Shown piece after piece: positions 49,996-63,852 of a stretch of DNA of 64,000 bases. The position numbers were made by a program, and so were the translations under genes. The stretch's first letter is position 1. Each line of letters begins with the position of its first letter. This DNA comes from Octopus vulgaris (lineage: Eukaryota), in NCBI GenBank assembly GCA_951406725.2, contig OX597814.1:83886001-83950000 (forward strand). Direction: 5' to 3'. The notes beneath the pieces were generated by a model, which did no database searches, was not told where the DNA came from, and worked only from the letters and a program-made list of their open reading frames with translations.

Positions 49996-50642
49996 ATGCA
50001 TCTCTTATGGTGTGTGTGTGTGTGTTTGCGTCTGTGTCTGTCTGTCTGTCTGTCTGTTCGTGCGCGTGTGCGCGTGAAATTGTCTGTATCTATGTGCAAT
50101 CGGGAATGGCAGAGTTAGTGGATCGAACCAAAATATCTGAAGTACCACAATTTTGTCCTTTTATGCTCAGATCGACTCTGGTTTTCCTCAGAGAAGGTCA
50201 ATAAAATAAAAGCCCAAATACTGGGGGTAGATAAAACTGACTAAAAGAAACGCACACACACACATACACACACACACACACACACATACACACACACACA
50301 CACACACACAAAGACATTGAAGGCAGTACCACTCACCCTAACCCATGACCAAAGTTAAATGACTGTAATCGGTAAAAGAATAGGTGTATTTCCTAACTGA
50401 AAGAATGCACCATCAGCCGTTCCATCTTGCATTTCTATAGATTCTGGAATCTATAACGAAGTGGCATTTCGTTAATTTATTACTCTTCGCTTTATTTTAA
50501 TGATACAACCTTTGTTGTTATTTGTTTTCTTCAGATAAGGTTGACCCTGATTGAGTAGACCTTTGATCAAAAGCGTTCCAACCGTGGCCAGCTCGTTATT
50601 TCTATATCTAGAACTAACCATCCAATACGTTTTATCGTTGTT

Positions 50643-50853
50643 AAGGCGGCGAGTTGGCAGAATCGCTAGCACGCCAGGCAAAATGCTTATCGGCATTTCG
50701 TCCATTTTTACGTTCTGAATTCGAATTCTATCGAAGTCGGCTTTGCCTTTCATCCTTTCGGAGTCGATAAATTAAGTTTCAGTTGGACACTGGGATTGTT
50801 GTATTCGACTTACTCCCACTCCCGAAATTGCTGGCCTTGAGCCAAAATTTGAA
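50643..50853 (+). mobile_element. tRNA-derived SINE, family B (CpG-retaining copy)
   Basis: aaggcggcgagttggcagaatcgctagcacgcc...tttgcctttcatcctttcggagtcgataaa. Confidence 0.85.
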
Positions 50854-51289
50854 ACCAATACGTTTTATCTTTGTCTTTTTTTATAACGCTAGTGTGTGGT
50901 TTGAAGGTATTTCACAAGCCGAGCGACTATGTAGCATTTCTCCCTGTTTTGTTTGTTTGATACTATCCAATTGTTCAATAATGGTATTCAAGATTTCGGT
51001 GCATCCTATTTGTTTCTATCGATCCTAATCGTTTCTGATTGCTGTCTAATGGTAACTGCAACACATCACTATTGTTCATTCCATATGCATAAAACAGAAA
51101 CTATCTGTTAGTGATCAGAATTTGTAAAAGACATAATCGATTGTTTCTAACATTATAATAGCTTCTTGCTATAGATTCTTGAAAATGCTATTTTCCTAAA
51201 CTTATACTGTTCAATAAAATACAATTCTTTGTTAATTTTACTTTAAGCAGAGACATAATCGCATCTACTTGTTATTGTTGCAGTTCCTG

Positions 51290-52195
51290 GCCGCCAATCG
51301 GAATCATTTACTATCATGCGTTCGGTCAGTCAAGGCTGTCTCCTATTGTCTCTTCAGTTAGTGCTGACTATTGAGTTACTACTGCAGAAACTAGAAACAT
51401 TGAGGGGTATCCCGCGCGAACTAGGATGCAGAAGATCCGTGTCGGCATTTGTGGACGATATCACCATCATAATGTCGGACACCAGGCACATCGAGGCGAT
51501 TATTACTGCTTAAAGGACGACGAGGCGCTAACATAAACAAAAATCAACCAAAATATCAGTGGGCTTGCAGCTCGATCCATTCCGTTCAACAGTGTCAAGA
51601 GGTGCTAGCCAGATGGACCGGTTAAATTTGGTTCAGATTTCCAAGTGAAGAATGATAAAGACGTGATTAGCAAAGTGGCCAATCTCATCTAGAATTGGGC
51701 CAAAAGAAAGCTATCTCTGAAAGGTCGGGCAAAAGTGACGAATGCTTACATCACCTCCATCGTTTGTTATCGTCAGACCGTCGTGCCTTGCCTCAGTTCA
51801 GGTCTGACCAGACTGGAGCATCTACTATTCTGCTTTTGTGGAAGGAATTTATTCCAATGGTCAGGGGCTCCATTTATTGTCAACACCTGCTGAGTGGAGG
51901 GCTGGATATGCTATGGCTGATGATGTGCAGACATGTACAGAGGTTGTGGCCTCTGCAACAATACCTTGACGGTGAACAAGTGTAGTTACCATTTATCAGA
52001 CACGTTATTCTACAGCTGTCTGGCAAAGCTGCGATCCTGGGTCGAGCAGAGACCGAGGAATGGCACTTGGCATCTGGAATGTCAAGTGCTTCAGTGCTCT
52101 ACCAGTCGGGCAATGCAGTCAGTGAAAATTCCACGTTAGCATTCCAGAGAGGTTTAATGGAAAGCAAAAGCGACGACGTTCTCGGGGTACCGGCT
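51290..52195 (+). mobile_element. Degraded L1/Tx1-like LINE RT fragment
   Basis: RSVSQGCLL (QGCPLS) and VSAFVDDITI (YADD), then LSL.GR and GGL motifs with stops. Confidence 0.7.
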
Positions 52196-52884
52196 TTTCA
52201 TAAAGCATATTGTATTTAAATCTTCAGCAGGAACTAATCTAGCAGTTGAAGATACTGTATATAGTACAAAAAACTCGAAGGCGAGGTAAAAAAAAAAACA
52301 GGGTGTATAAGGTTAACGCTCAGGAAATTGGAAAAAGTCTTCAACACACACACACATATATATATATATATACATATAATGGATAATATAGACTTAAAAC
52401 AAACAGGGCGTATAAGGTTAACGCTTAGGAAAATTGGAAGGAGTCTCTCACATGTATTTGTTAACATATGTTAGTACGTATATGCGTATGCCCAATGTAC
52501 AGTGCTTCATCTATCGATTGCCCAATCTCAGAAACAGCTGTAAAGGGATACGTTAAATATTTTACTCTCTTCTCTGTAATTTTCACGTAAGAAAACCTCG
52601 ATATCTACCTATCTATGAAAAATACTATAGACTATCTCCCTACTTTCTGCTTAATTATATGTATATATCTATAACTTTTTATAAAAGCTATGATGCAATT
52701 AACAACTGTCTGTCCAAGGTCTGTTACATATATATTTTTTCAACAGGTGGGGATCGTCTAACCGAGACACGTTTGTTCTAGTTTCTTTATTTTTCCCACT
52801 CCATATCTATCCTTTCCATAGAAGAGTGAAAGCTCATTACAAGTTTTTTCCAATTTTCCTAAGCGTCAACATAGTATACTCCGT

Positions 52885-53283
52885 TTGTTTTTTCTCAAAG
52901 ATCACTTCATGAATTTCTGTGATGCTTTCATTTGTTCAGGGAATCGACGGTCACCCTGAACGAGGTTGGTCTCCAAGCAACAAGTGACCATTCATAAAGA
53001 GTGAAAACCACTCGTAAACTTATGTCTTGCTTATGCCAGCGTCCTTGTAAGCTGTTTGAAGCATGACAATAGTTTTGGCCACCGTTTTCCCCAGCAGAAA
53101 ACAGAATTTCACGGAAGCACGCTGCAAATCAAAGACGCACTACGTAGCATGACTCCACTGGGCGCGCCACTCGGCATACTGATGCCTGAGGGTTGCATGT
53201 AGTGACTTTAAGCGGCGGAGACTTGAACTTCAAAGTGTTTGTTCCACAGAGAACGTTTCCAGTTACTTTTGGGTACCTCCTCG
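52885..53283 (-). mobile_element. Mariner 5' fragment
   Basis: Minus strand LQRASVKFCFLLGKT...MLQTAYK...VYEWF (HTH); TA-CGAGGAGGTACCCAAAAGTAAC TIR-like end. Confidence 0.7.
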
Positions 53284-53394
53284 TATGTAAATATATATAT
53301 ATAGGGCAAGTTTACGAATATAAACAAAAGACGAAGACAGGTGGTGTACAAAACAAACAGATGTATTAGTATAACGCTCAGGAATAGAAAAAGT

Positions 53395-53430
53395 CTTTTA
53401 CGTTTCGAGCCTACGCTCTTCTACAGAAAG
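53395..53430 (-). ncRNA. Minimal hammerhead-like motif in a (TA)n-embedded cassette
   Basis: Minus strand CUUU-CUGUAGA-A-GAGC-GUAG-GCUC-GAAA-CG-UA-AAAG. Confidence 0.5.
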
Positions 53431-53524
53431 GTACACAGAAAAAACAAGGAGAGAAAAACAATGTGTGTAGTGGCTAACGATCTATCATTGCGTCTGACTC
53501 GGACAAAATGGTCAGACGGGAGAT

Positions 53525-53574
<50 letters not shown>

Positions 53575-53589
53575 CCATACATTATATAT

Positions 53590-53690
<101 letters not shown>

Positions 53691-54109
53691 AGAGAGAGAG
53701 AAAGAGAGAGAAGCGGTTCCGTAAGTTGAAAGGTAGTGGATTTGAACTCGGGAGTGCAGCCACGGAACGAATAGCAAGACATTCATCCAGACATCCTAGC
53801 GACTCTGCAACTTCGCCGTCTGCATACAGATACTATGGCCGCATTAGTAAACAAGGTGTATGCAGCGGCTACGACTAGCACCACTGCACGATCATACAGG
53901 GTGTATACAAACACCACCTTCTCGGTGATGTGAAATGCATTTATACGAGCACCACTAACATATTTTCATTCACCATATTACTATGCAAAATGTGTACAGA
54001 CACCCCACCACCACCACCACTACCATTACCACTACCAACACTACCGCTACCGCCGCCACAGCCACATATATATGAATGTATATATGTATAAATATGTGTG
54101 TATGTATAA

Positions 54110-54226
<117 letters not shown>

Positions 54227-54720
54227 CAACACCCTGATAACATATCTTTCAAACTTATCAAATGTTTTTCTCTAATCTTGTCTCCTTGGGTGGAGAAGTT
54301 TAGATTTAGAAGTAGAGAGGTAGGGAAAAGTGGTGCGAGGCGGAAGAGGTGTGATAGCCTTAGTAGTTATATATAGAGAGAGGGGGAGGCGGATATGAGG
54401 AAGAGGAGAAGTTATATGTAGATGTATCATAATATACACGGGTGGGCGTTCAAAATTATCTTATTAAAAAATAATAACAATTCCCTGAGGAATTGTAATT
54501 TTTCTAATTATGAAAAGAAAAACAAAAACATAGTGTTAACACATTTAAACGCAGTGGGCTTCTAATAACTAATTAGAAACATTTATGCGGTGAGGAAAAG
54601 GCAAAAGTTGACAATTTGTAGGAAATAACTTAATGTTAGTCACTGAATCAATTTTTGCCTTTTCCTTAAAGCAGCAGTTCTGATTAAATGTGTTAACACT
54701 AACTTAGCTGTTGCGTGTAT

Positions 54721-54730
54721 ATGCATGTAT

Positions 54731-54775
<45 letters not shown>

Positions 54776-55269
54776 TACATACATACACACATACACACAC
54801 ACACATCTTTTATCTTTTATCTTTTACTTGTTTTACTGTCGCACCGCCTTGAAGAATGTGTACTCAAACGAATCGACCCCGGTACTTTTTCTTTTAATCC
54901 TCATACTTATATTCTGTCGTACCGCCAAGTTGCGGAGACGTAAAAACACCAACACCGGTTGTCAAGCGGTGGACGGGGGCGTGGGGGTCGAGGAACAAAT
55001 GCATACATACATACATACATAAATGCATGCATGCATACATACATACATACATATGTACATATATGCATACAAACATACATACATACATACATACATGCAT
55101 ACAAATATACATGCATACATACATACATACATACATACATACATACATACATACATGCATAAAACATACATACATGCATAAAACATACATACATACATGC
55201 ATGCATACATGCATGCATACAAACATACATACATACATACATGCATACATGCATACATACATACATACA

Positions 55270-55301
<32 letters not shown>

Positions 55302-55510
55302 GATATACATCCATCCATACATACATATATATATTTGTATTGATGTGACAGGAGCGGCAGTGATGGTGATGACGGCGGTGATGGAGGCGATGGTATTGGG
55401 GTGGCGATGATGGTGGTGATTGTAGAGGTGGTGGTGGTGGCTGTGGCGGCGGTCGCAGTAGTGTTGATAGTGGTGATGTAGTGGTGGTGGTGGTGGTGGT
55501 GTCTGTACAC

Positions 55511-55603
<93 letters not shown>

Positions 55604-55604
55604 C
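54721..55604. repeat. Microsatellite cluster (CA)n, (CATA)n, (GGT)n, (ATCT)n with SINE remnant
   Basis: Direct inspection. Confidence 0.9.
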
Positions 55605-55758
55605 ACGACGGGCTTCTTTCAGTTTCCGTCTACCAAATCCATTCACAAGACTTTGGTCGGTCCGACACTTGAAGACACTTGATCAAGGTGCCACTCAGTG
55701 GGACTGAACCGGAAACCATGTGGTTGGGAAGCAAGTTTCTTACCACACTGCCACGCCG
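55605..55758 (-). mobile_element. SINE family A (CpG-retaining copy)
   Basis: cgacgggcttctttcagtttccgtctaccaaatcc...gggactgaaccggaaaccatgtggttgggaagc...ccacgcc. Confidence 0.8.
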
Positions 55759-56288
55759 TCTTCTCTTTTAGTTTTAATGCTATACCTGTGTTGACCTGCC
55801 TTACACTACAATGTAATATCAATCCTATGAATATACCGTATAACTAACTATTCCGGGAGTATACCAGTATATATGGCAACTATTATGAACTCCCCTGAAT
55901 GCAACTTTGACTGATAAGCTCTTTAAAGCATTCGTTTCTTCTTGTGCTGTATAATTATATGTCATAATCTAACTCGATATCAGTTGTTAGTCTATCTTTT
56001 TATATGCATATATATTCTTTTCCTTATTTCAGTTATTAGACTGTGGCCAATGCTGGGGCACCGTCTTGAAGATTTTTTAGTCGAATGAATCGACCCGAGT
56101 ACACACACACACACACACACACACTTACACACACACACACCCAGATAGATAAATACATACATACATGCATACATACATACATGGACAGATATAGATATAC
56201 ATGCACACCAACACATACGTACACGCGCACATTAATACAATAGTACATTCCTACCTACCTTTCTATCGACCTTTGCATCGCTCTGAAG

Positions 56289-56567
56289 CAGTTGTTCTCA
56301 AGCGGGGTCCATATAAGATTTTGGGGGTCCACACAACAAAATAGTAAACTGGGGATCCACAATAATATTTTAAGGGCTCCTTACAATGTATATATAGGTA
56401 TGTATTGCAAGAAACAGCTAGGTTTCTTTCTCTAACATTTTACATAGCTCTACCTACATAAGTTAATGTATAAAGAACAGAATAGGAATTTCGAAGGAAG
56501 TTTATTTAAACTAGTTTTTGAATATTGAATGGCTATGAGGGTCCACCAGAATAAAATAGGACCACTG
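56289..56567. mobile_element. hAT (Charlie-like) MITE with 8-bp TSD
   Basis: Ends CAGTTGTTCT / AGGACCACTG; flanks CTCTGAAG (56281-56288) and CTCTAAAG (56568-56575). Confidence 0.75.
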
Positions 56568-57236
56568 CTCTAAAGGAAGCAACTCAGATGTGTATGTGTG
56601 TGTGTGTGTGTGTTTGTTTGTGAAAAATAGACAGGCAGTCAGACAGAGAGAACGGCAGAACGGCAGAAAGAAAGAAGGGTTGTACTGACGACGATTACTT
56701 GCACAGAAAGCGCAAATTTTTTCACAAAAAGAATAAGAGAAAAATTGTTCGCCGTCAACTCCTTATCACCTTCAAAGTTAACTGACATTAATATCATCAC
56801 CAAAACAAGCTACTATAGTTCTCAGTGTAGTTCTGTCTGTTTGTCTGTCTGTCTGTCTGCCTGCCTGTCTACCTGCCTGCCTGCGTATGCATGTGTGTGT
56901 TTGTGTGTGTGTGTGAGAGAGAGAGAGAGTTTGTGCGTCCATATAATATCTCGGTATCGATTCAACAGCGTTTCATTTTCTTTATAACTATCACTTCTCT
57001 CAACTTTCCTTTGCATATTTCACCCAGTCTCTCTTGGGCTCTATCTTGCCTGTCATTCACCTTTGTCTCCACCATCACAGTTACAACAGGCAGATAAAGT
57101 TCTCATTGTTCACAAGTGAAATCCCAGGAATTTCTGTAGGTTTCCCCAGTATATATTTTCATACAATTGCACACTATTATCTACTTACCTGTTGTGTAAT
57201 ACTAAGGGAAGTAACTCAAATACAGGAATATGCAGA

Positions 57237-57248
57237 AGAGAGAGAGAA

Positions 57249-57299
<51 letters not shown>

Positions 57300-57400
57300 A
57301 AGAGAGAGAGAGAAAGAGAGAGAGAGAGAAAGATAGAAGAGACAGAAAAAGAGACAGAAAAAGAGACAGAAAAAGAGAAACAGAGATAGAGAAAAAGCAA
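57237..57400. repeat. (GA)n/(GAAA) purine tract
   Basis: Direct inspection. Confidence 0.9.
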
Positions 57401-57558
57401 GAAAAAGAGGGTGAAAATAAAGATAGTGGGGACTGAAACACTAGGACTGAGGGGAAGAAGAATATTATGATGTATCAAAGTCTGTGACGTCACTGCGTCT
57501 TTATCTCATTTTTTGTTTCACTCTCTCCGCTTGTTTGAAGTGTTTTTAAAATGCTTTT

Positions 57559-57640
<82 letters not shown>

Positions 57641-57652
57641 ATGAGTGTATGT

Positions 57653-57685
<33 letters not shown>

Positions 57686-59281
57686 CTTATACATACATCT
57701 GCAAAAGTTGAACAGGAGTTAGGGTCGAGCCTATTTGTAAATATCCTAAGGTAATTGTTGTAACTATAATAATATGAATAAAGTATGCTCTTGTTTATAG
57801 AATTCAGTAAAAAAATTACTTGCTGATGCATGCTGATATCTGCCAAATCGACAATAAATTATCATGAACACGTGAAACACGGAGAATGAAAACGAAGATG
57901 CACATATTCATTCTTCACACGTTCCAACAAATTTGAATATATCAATCACTGTTGTATTTCGCCTTCGGAGAACACCATCTCTTTTCAAACGATATCTGCT
58001 GACAACACACTCGATTCAGTAACGTAGGGGGATTTTGAGACACCAACGTTTCAACCTGATTGTAGTCGAACGAGTTCGGAGAGCGTGTAATCTTTCTGTA
58101 ATCTTTCAGGATTTTTGAGCCTGAAAGTTTGCAGGATGGTGTATGGCGCGCTATACACTTTGCGATATTTGTCTTGAATGTTTACAATCTGAACTCATGG
58201 GAGGCAAAACTTAATCCGCCGTCCAGTTTAACATTATCACATGGTCCTTGGGTGTTTAGCAGGAGAGTTCAAACTGTCGTTAACGTTTGGATCAAGTTTC
58301 TGGTTTGAGGATAAGCTCTTCTCCCCGTTCTACAAGTCTCAGAGAATCTGAAAAAAGAAGAGGGTTATGGGTGATGCTATTCTATTCTTAACTAAATGAT
58401 ATCATCATCAAAAAAGAAAAAGAAAAGAAAGAAAAACTCTGCTCAAGTTCACAACTGTGCCAACACCCGTTATACTCAGGTCTTTATAAGCTTGCAATGT
58501 AACACCTCCAGTGCGTTGGGAAAAGTCCCAAGTACTAAACCTCTGAACATTTTTCTCCGTCTTATCATTAAATTTGAATATTGTCTACGTGTATTCTTTG
58601 TGCTCGACAGCTTATCCTGTGTTAAACACATCACATACAAACATTTATCACCAAATGTATATTTTCCTCGGTCGCGATATATTTCCATCTTAAGAACATA
58701 GCTACAATAAATTTTTTAACAACCTTGTCAAGTTTTGTAATGATTTATGTTTACCATTTATATTTTACTTGTTTTTGTCATTGGACTGCGACCATGCTGG
58801 GACACCACCTCGAAGGGACAAATACCCACCCAGTACCTGTTTTTTAAAAATCTTGTACTTAATATATAGGCCATTTTGCTGAATCGTGAAATTATGGCGG
58901 TGCAAACAAAGGCTAGATATCAAGCGGTGGAAGGGAGAGGGACGACAAACACATACATACACACACACATGATGGGTTTCGGAGAGTTTCCATCAAATAA
59001 AATTCACTTGCGAGGCATTGGTCAACCCAAGACTATAATAGAGGACACTTGCCCAAGGCTTTGCGCTGGGTAAAGTACACTTTACAAAGTACGCGGTTGC
59101 AAAGCGAGTTTCTTAACCTCAAAACCATGGAGTATATTTTTTTAATTTGCCCAAATTATATGCATACTACAAATATGTCTCACCTAATTTAAGTGAAGTC
59201 ATGTCGAACCTTATGCCTGCTTTCTACATGTGCGTTTATCGGTCGTTGGTCCAGTTTGAAGTTGTCTGATTTCACAGGCTT

Positions 59282-59336
<55 letters not shown>

Positions 59337-60095
59337 TCTATGTATGTATTTCATATAGAATATTACATTTCGAAGATTGTGTGGCGGCTGTCATCTTTGC
59401 AAAACAGTACTTTTATCGCTGTTCTTATTCTGTGTCTATGAAGTACATAATTAATTTTTTTCGTCATATCTGATTGTCTTCTGCTATTTTTATTGAATGT
59501 CAAAACAGAGCTTTTTGTTTTTTAGACTCTGCAGTTTTTCCTTATGGCAGATTTCTTTTGCATTTTCAAAAATATTAATTATATTTTATATTGTCATTAA
59601 TATAGTATATTATATATATTTAAAAAATCTGCGCTTATATAGATGACACATATACTGTCAGAGATATCTTCATTTCATCAGTAATGTCAGAGATATCTTC
59701 ATTTCATCACTGCATATATTTATGATGTTGGCAGACGTCATGCAGGAAATTATTTTTCCTATGTTTCATTGGTTACGATTGAGTGACACAACTTTTCAGA
59801 AAAATTGCATACGAAATGTAGATATCGCGTTCCTTTTAATAATGGATATTTTATGAGCTGTGTGTGAAAACGGAAAGCCCGATTTTGTGATCGTGAATGC
59901 AACACCTCAACCACTAGGCCACGCACCTATGTCTCTCTCTCTCTCCCTCTCTCTCTCTCTCACTGTATGCATATATATATATATATATATAAAGTTAATC
60001 CAAACATGAAAACACAAAGAGAAAACACAACAACGCGAGGACGTGGAACAAGTATAGTATTATTGGACGCTCAGGAAAGAAGGAAAGAAGGAGGG

Positions 60096-60128
60096 TTTAA
60101 CGTTTCGAGCGGAGCTCTTCGTCAGAAA
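60096..60128 (-). ncRNA. Minimal hammerhead-like motif in a (TA)n-embedded cassette
   Basis: Minus strand UUU-CUGACGA-A-GAGC-UCC-GCUC-GAAA-CG-UU-AAA. Confidence 0.55.
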
Positions 60129-60251
60129 TATAGGAAAAGGAAAGATCCAAAGAAGGGAAGACGGAGGAAAAAAATCGCCAACGGTACACACGCAGTCACA
60201 TACTTCATGATAAAATTATTTTAGCATTTTCTACCTTGTCTTATTTTGCTT

Positions 60252-60322
<71 letters not shown>

Positions 60323-60636
60323 TAAGAAACGTTTTAGGCTTTGCTGTCAAAAGCAACCTTAAGGCTTTTAATATGTAAGTCGAAGACTGGGAGCAGATGA
60401 CGCAAGATCGATCGGTTTGAAGCTCGAAGAATTGAACAATCTATCTTGAAACGAGCACTTCATAGACAGGATTTAATTACAATCCCAGACATTTTTCTGC
60501 TTAAAAATATTTGTAAGATCTGCAGCAGAGTTTGTTTGTCAAGAGCTGGACTTGCTAGTCGTATAAGAACTTATGACAGTATTTATTAATTGAAGAGATG
60601 GCCTTCTTCTGTAAAGAAGTGGCAATCATCATATAT

Positions 60637-60716
<80 letters not shown>

Positions 60717-61510
60717 TCACACACACACACATACATATATATATATGTACATATATATATATAAACATGAGTGTGTGTATGTGTGTGCGTACTTGTAGTT
60801 ATCTTTGCTTCCTCACCGCTTGACAACTGGTGTTAGTTTATTTACATCCTCGTAAATTATTGGTTTGGAAAAAAAGATCGATAAAATAAATACCAGACTT
60901 CAAAGTAAGTCCTGAGATAGATCTGTTCGACTAACTTATAAGCGCGGTATTCTAGCATGCTACCATGGCTGCAGTTCAATGGTGACGCAAGTAGGAGATA
61001 AATGAGAAATAGATGGCGTGTTTTAAAAACGAAGGAGAATGAGGTTAGCGAAGGTTATAGTTTTCCCAAGGACTTTAAATGCATATGTGAAGTATAAACA
61101 GAGACGACACACTCATCTTACTACCAACTCCGCAATATTTACATATTTTCTTATTTTTTTAATAAACATAATTAGCCATTTTTGTTAGGTAATGGAGAAA
61201 TTTGCAATTGTATAACGTTCGTGTTTCTCCCAGCAGTATTCGATGCTTGATTGAAGTGAAACAGCTTCAAACGAGAAGCCAACTTATTTGTTATTTTTCT
61301 AGGATGCTCACCACAGAAACATGTTGCTGTATTATATATACTGTGTATATGCATCTTTAGCTGTGGAGTGTAGGTCTATGTGTGTGTATGCATGTGAGTT
61401 TGCATAATATTTATGTATGTCTCTGTGTCTGAATATATATGTATATATACATACATATTCTGGTTCTTACATACATATATACACACACATACATACACAT
61501 ACATACATAC

Positions 61511-61541
<31 letters not shown>

Positions 61542-61879
61542 CATACATAAATACATACATACATACATACATACATACATACATACATACATGCATACAT
61601 GCATACATATATGTATATATAAACTACACTTGTAACAAAATAATGCCCAGAGGGCTCAAAATGCCGCAAATAGTATAGAAACCAGAGCTAGCAGAAATAA
61701 ATGCAATTGCATCTAACACCACTACTACCGTCCCCACCACCAATGCTATTACTGCATATCACATCCACTGTGGGTAGCAGCATCACCAGCAGCAACAGTA
61801 GCAACCACTTGAACAACAGCCTGACTCTTTTGCATGCATCGAAAGACAGGTAGTCGACTGTCCCATTTAGGGACGAGGA

Positions 61880-63670
61880 ATATAACCTCATTCCTACATA
61901 GATGGAATGTCGGGCAGGACTGGTAAATAGGATTAATGTGACGCCGTAATCGAACACCTGGTGGCTAATGTCATGCATTGTCCCAGAAAGACTGGGTAAA
62001 ATCTTGAACGTGAAAAGTTACCATCAAGAAAACTGGCCCAGAATTGGTGTGGAAGTCTTGATTCAGGTAAATCTGAGAAAATTGAATCCTCGACCAAATA
62101 GATCAACCAAACAGACTCAACCGCATGTCATGGGGAAGGGTGGAAGAGCCAGGTGCAATACAAATGGTAGTAGTAACAAACTGGGAGCCTTCAGTCCAAA
62201 ACAGAAGCCAAGACATGAACCTGCATACACTACAGCTGCAACATCAATAACACTAGCAGAAAAAACAACAGCTACAACAACTACAACAACAGCAACCATC
62301 TTCCTGGGGTAGAATGGTAGCAGGTGGTTCTGTACGTGTGTATGTTGCAAAAGTGGTGCCTTCAGTCCTGTAACAATTTATACACTGACTGGAGTGTCGA
62401 TTAGCAAAACCTCTCCAGGCGTTTAGAAATGTTTTAGTGGACGATTGGAATTTCATTTTGGACGCACGCTGAGATAATATGGGAATAGCCGAGAGAAGAC
62501 GTGATTGCAAACACATCGGAAACCTATTTGGGAAGTTTCAACTATCTTACGTTGCTAATAGATTTCATCGTAGACATGGACAAACTGCATCAGGTCATCC
62601 ACATCGCATATATAGAGTATTTATTAATTCAGCTGATAAGGATAGCATAGAATATTTATAGTTTTGACTAGTCGGTTACACAACTCACAATTTGGGATCT
62701 GTACGTTTAACCGAGATGAAAAAAAAAATAGGAATCAACTCGGTTAGTGGAAGCTGAACGCATCGTTCTCAAAGTGGAAAGTCAACAGCGACCTGATTTG
62801 TGTAATAGTTAAGCATGAGTCGACAGAGTTGGTTGTCAAAAAAGGAATGATTATCTCCCTCAGAAGAGCCATTAGAGTAGAATCGATGTGATAAAACAAA
62901 GGAAATGCGATACAGAACAATAAATTAAAGGAGAGTTTGTCAACAGATTAAGGGAGACGATTATAAAAGATGCTGCAACCGAAATTCTAGCGCAATAACT
63001 GACGCTCGATAATTTCTTCGATGCGAAATATGAAGGTTGCGTTCTCAGAGCTACGGTACGTGTTTTTAGACACGAGGAAAGGAAAGCCGTTTCATGGGTC
63101 CGATTTACGGAAGGGTGACGTGACAACAAAGTCACAATTCAAGTTTTTGATGAACAATGGTGTGCATATGGCTTTGTAATTCCAAGTACAAATGTGCAGT
63201 TTTCCAGCAGCTCTTTCCTCATCTATTTGGGAATAATGATTGACCGGAAATAACCTGCAACGGTTCTCAGTCGAAAAGGGTCAACAAAGACAGCTGAGAT
63301 ATGGGTGATGGCAAATAGTTTGGATGCTTTGATCTACGAGCTGCATGGATACATCAGAGACTTGTTTACCTCTGTTTTGGTAGACATCTCTCGCCATGGC
63401 AGCAGACCTGGAACATTTCTAATTGCCTTAATCGGAGAAGTACTGAGGGAAGATGCGAAGAAAGTAGACATCATTAACAATTTATGGCTCATGACGCAAT
63501 TAAATGTAGAACTTGAGATTTAAGCGAAGGTGCCCGTGAAATGACTGGTGTTTGTCGTTGTTAGTGCAACTGGCTGCATGCGGGCTTGTGAAACATATCT
63601 GTCTATGACAATCTCTACCTCATAGGATACATCGCAGAAAAGTCCTATAATAAGTTTGACTCCTGTGCTC
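61880..63670 (+). mobile_element. Heavily degraded L1/Tx1-like LINE (EN and RT remnants)
   Basis: VLVDDWNFILDA (GD.N motif), SLDALIYE (G.DG..YE) and similar remnants with many stops. Confidence 0.5.
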
Positions 63671-63852
63671 ACAGGGATAAATCCAATGCTTTCGTGAGGT
63701 TGCTCATCAGTACTCAGCGAATGTCCAACAGTTTTGAAAAGCTGAATTCAATGTACATCAAAAACTATTTTTTTGTCTATCGTCCTTTCTGGATCGACTA
63801 ACCCGTCCTCTCAAAAAATGCCGTCCTTGTGACTAAATAAGAAACAATTTTA

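Noticed and set aside
57850-58400. Possible Tc1-like transposase relic or host exon
   Set aside because: Higher-complexity sequence but no convincing motif, splice sites or TIR pair could be established.
59657-59709. 24-bp direct repeat gtcagagatatcttcatttcatca with 5-nt spacer
   Set aside because: Only two units; a local tandem duplication, not a CRISPR-like array.
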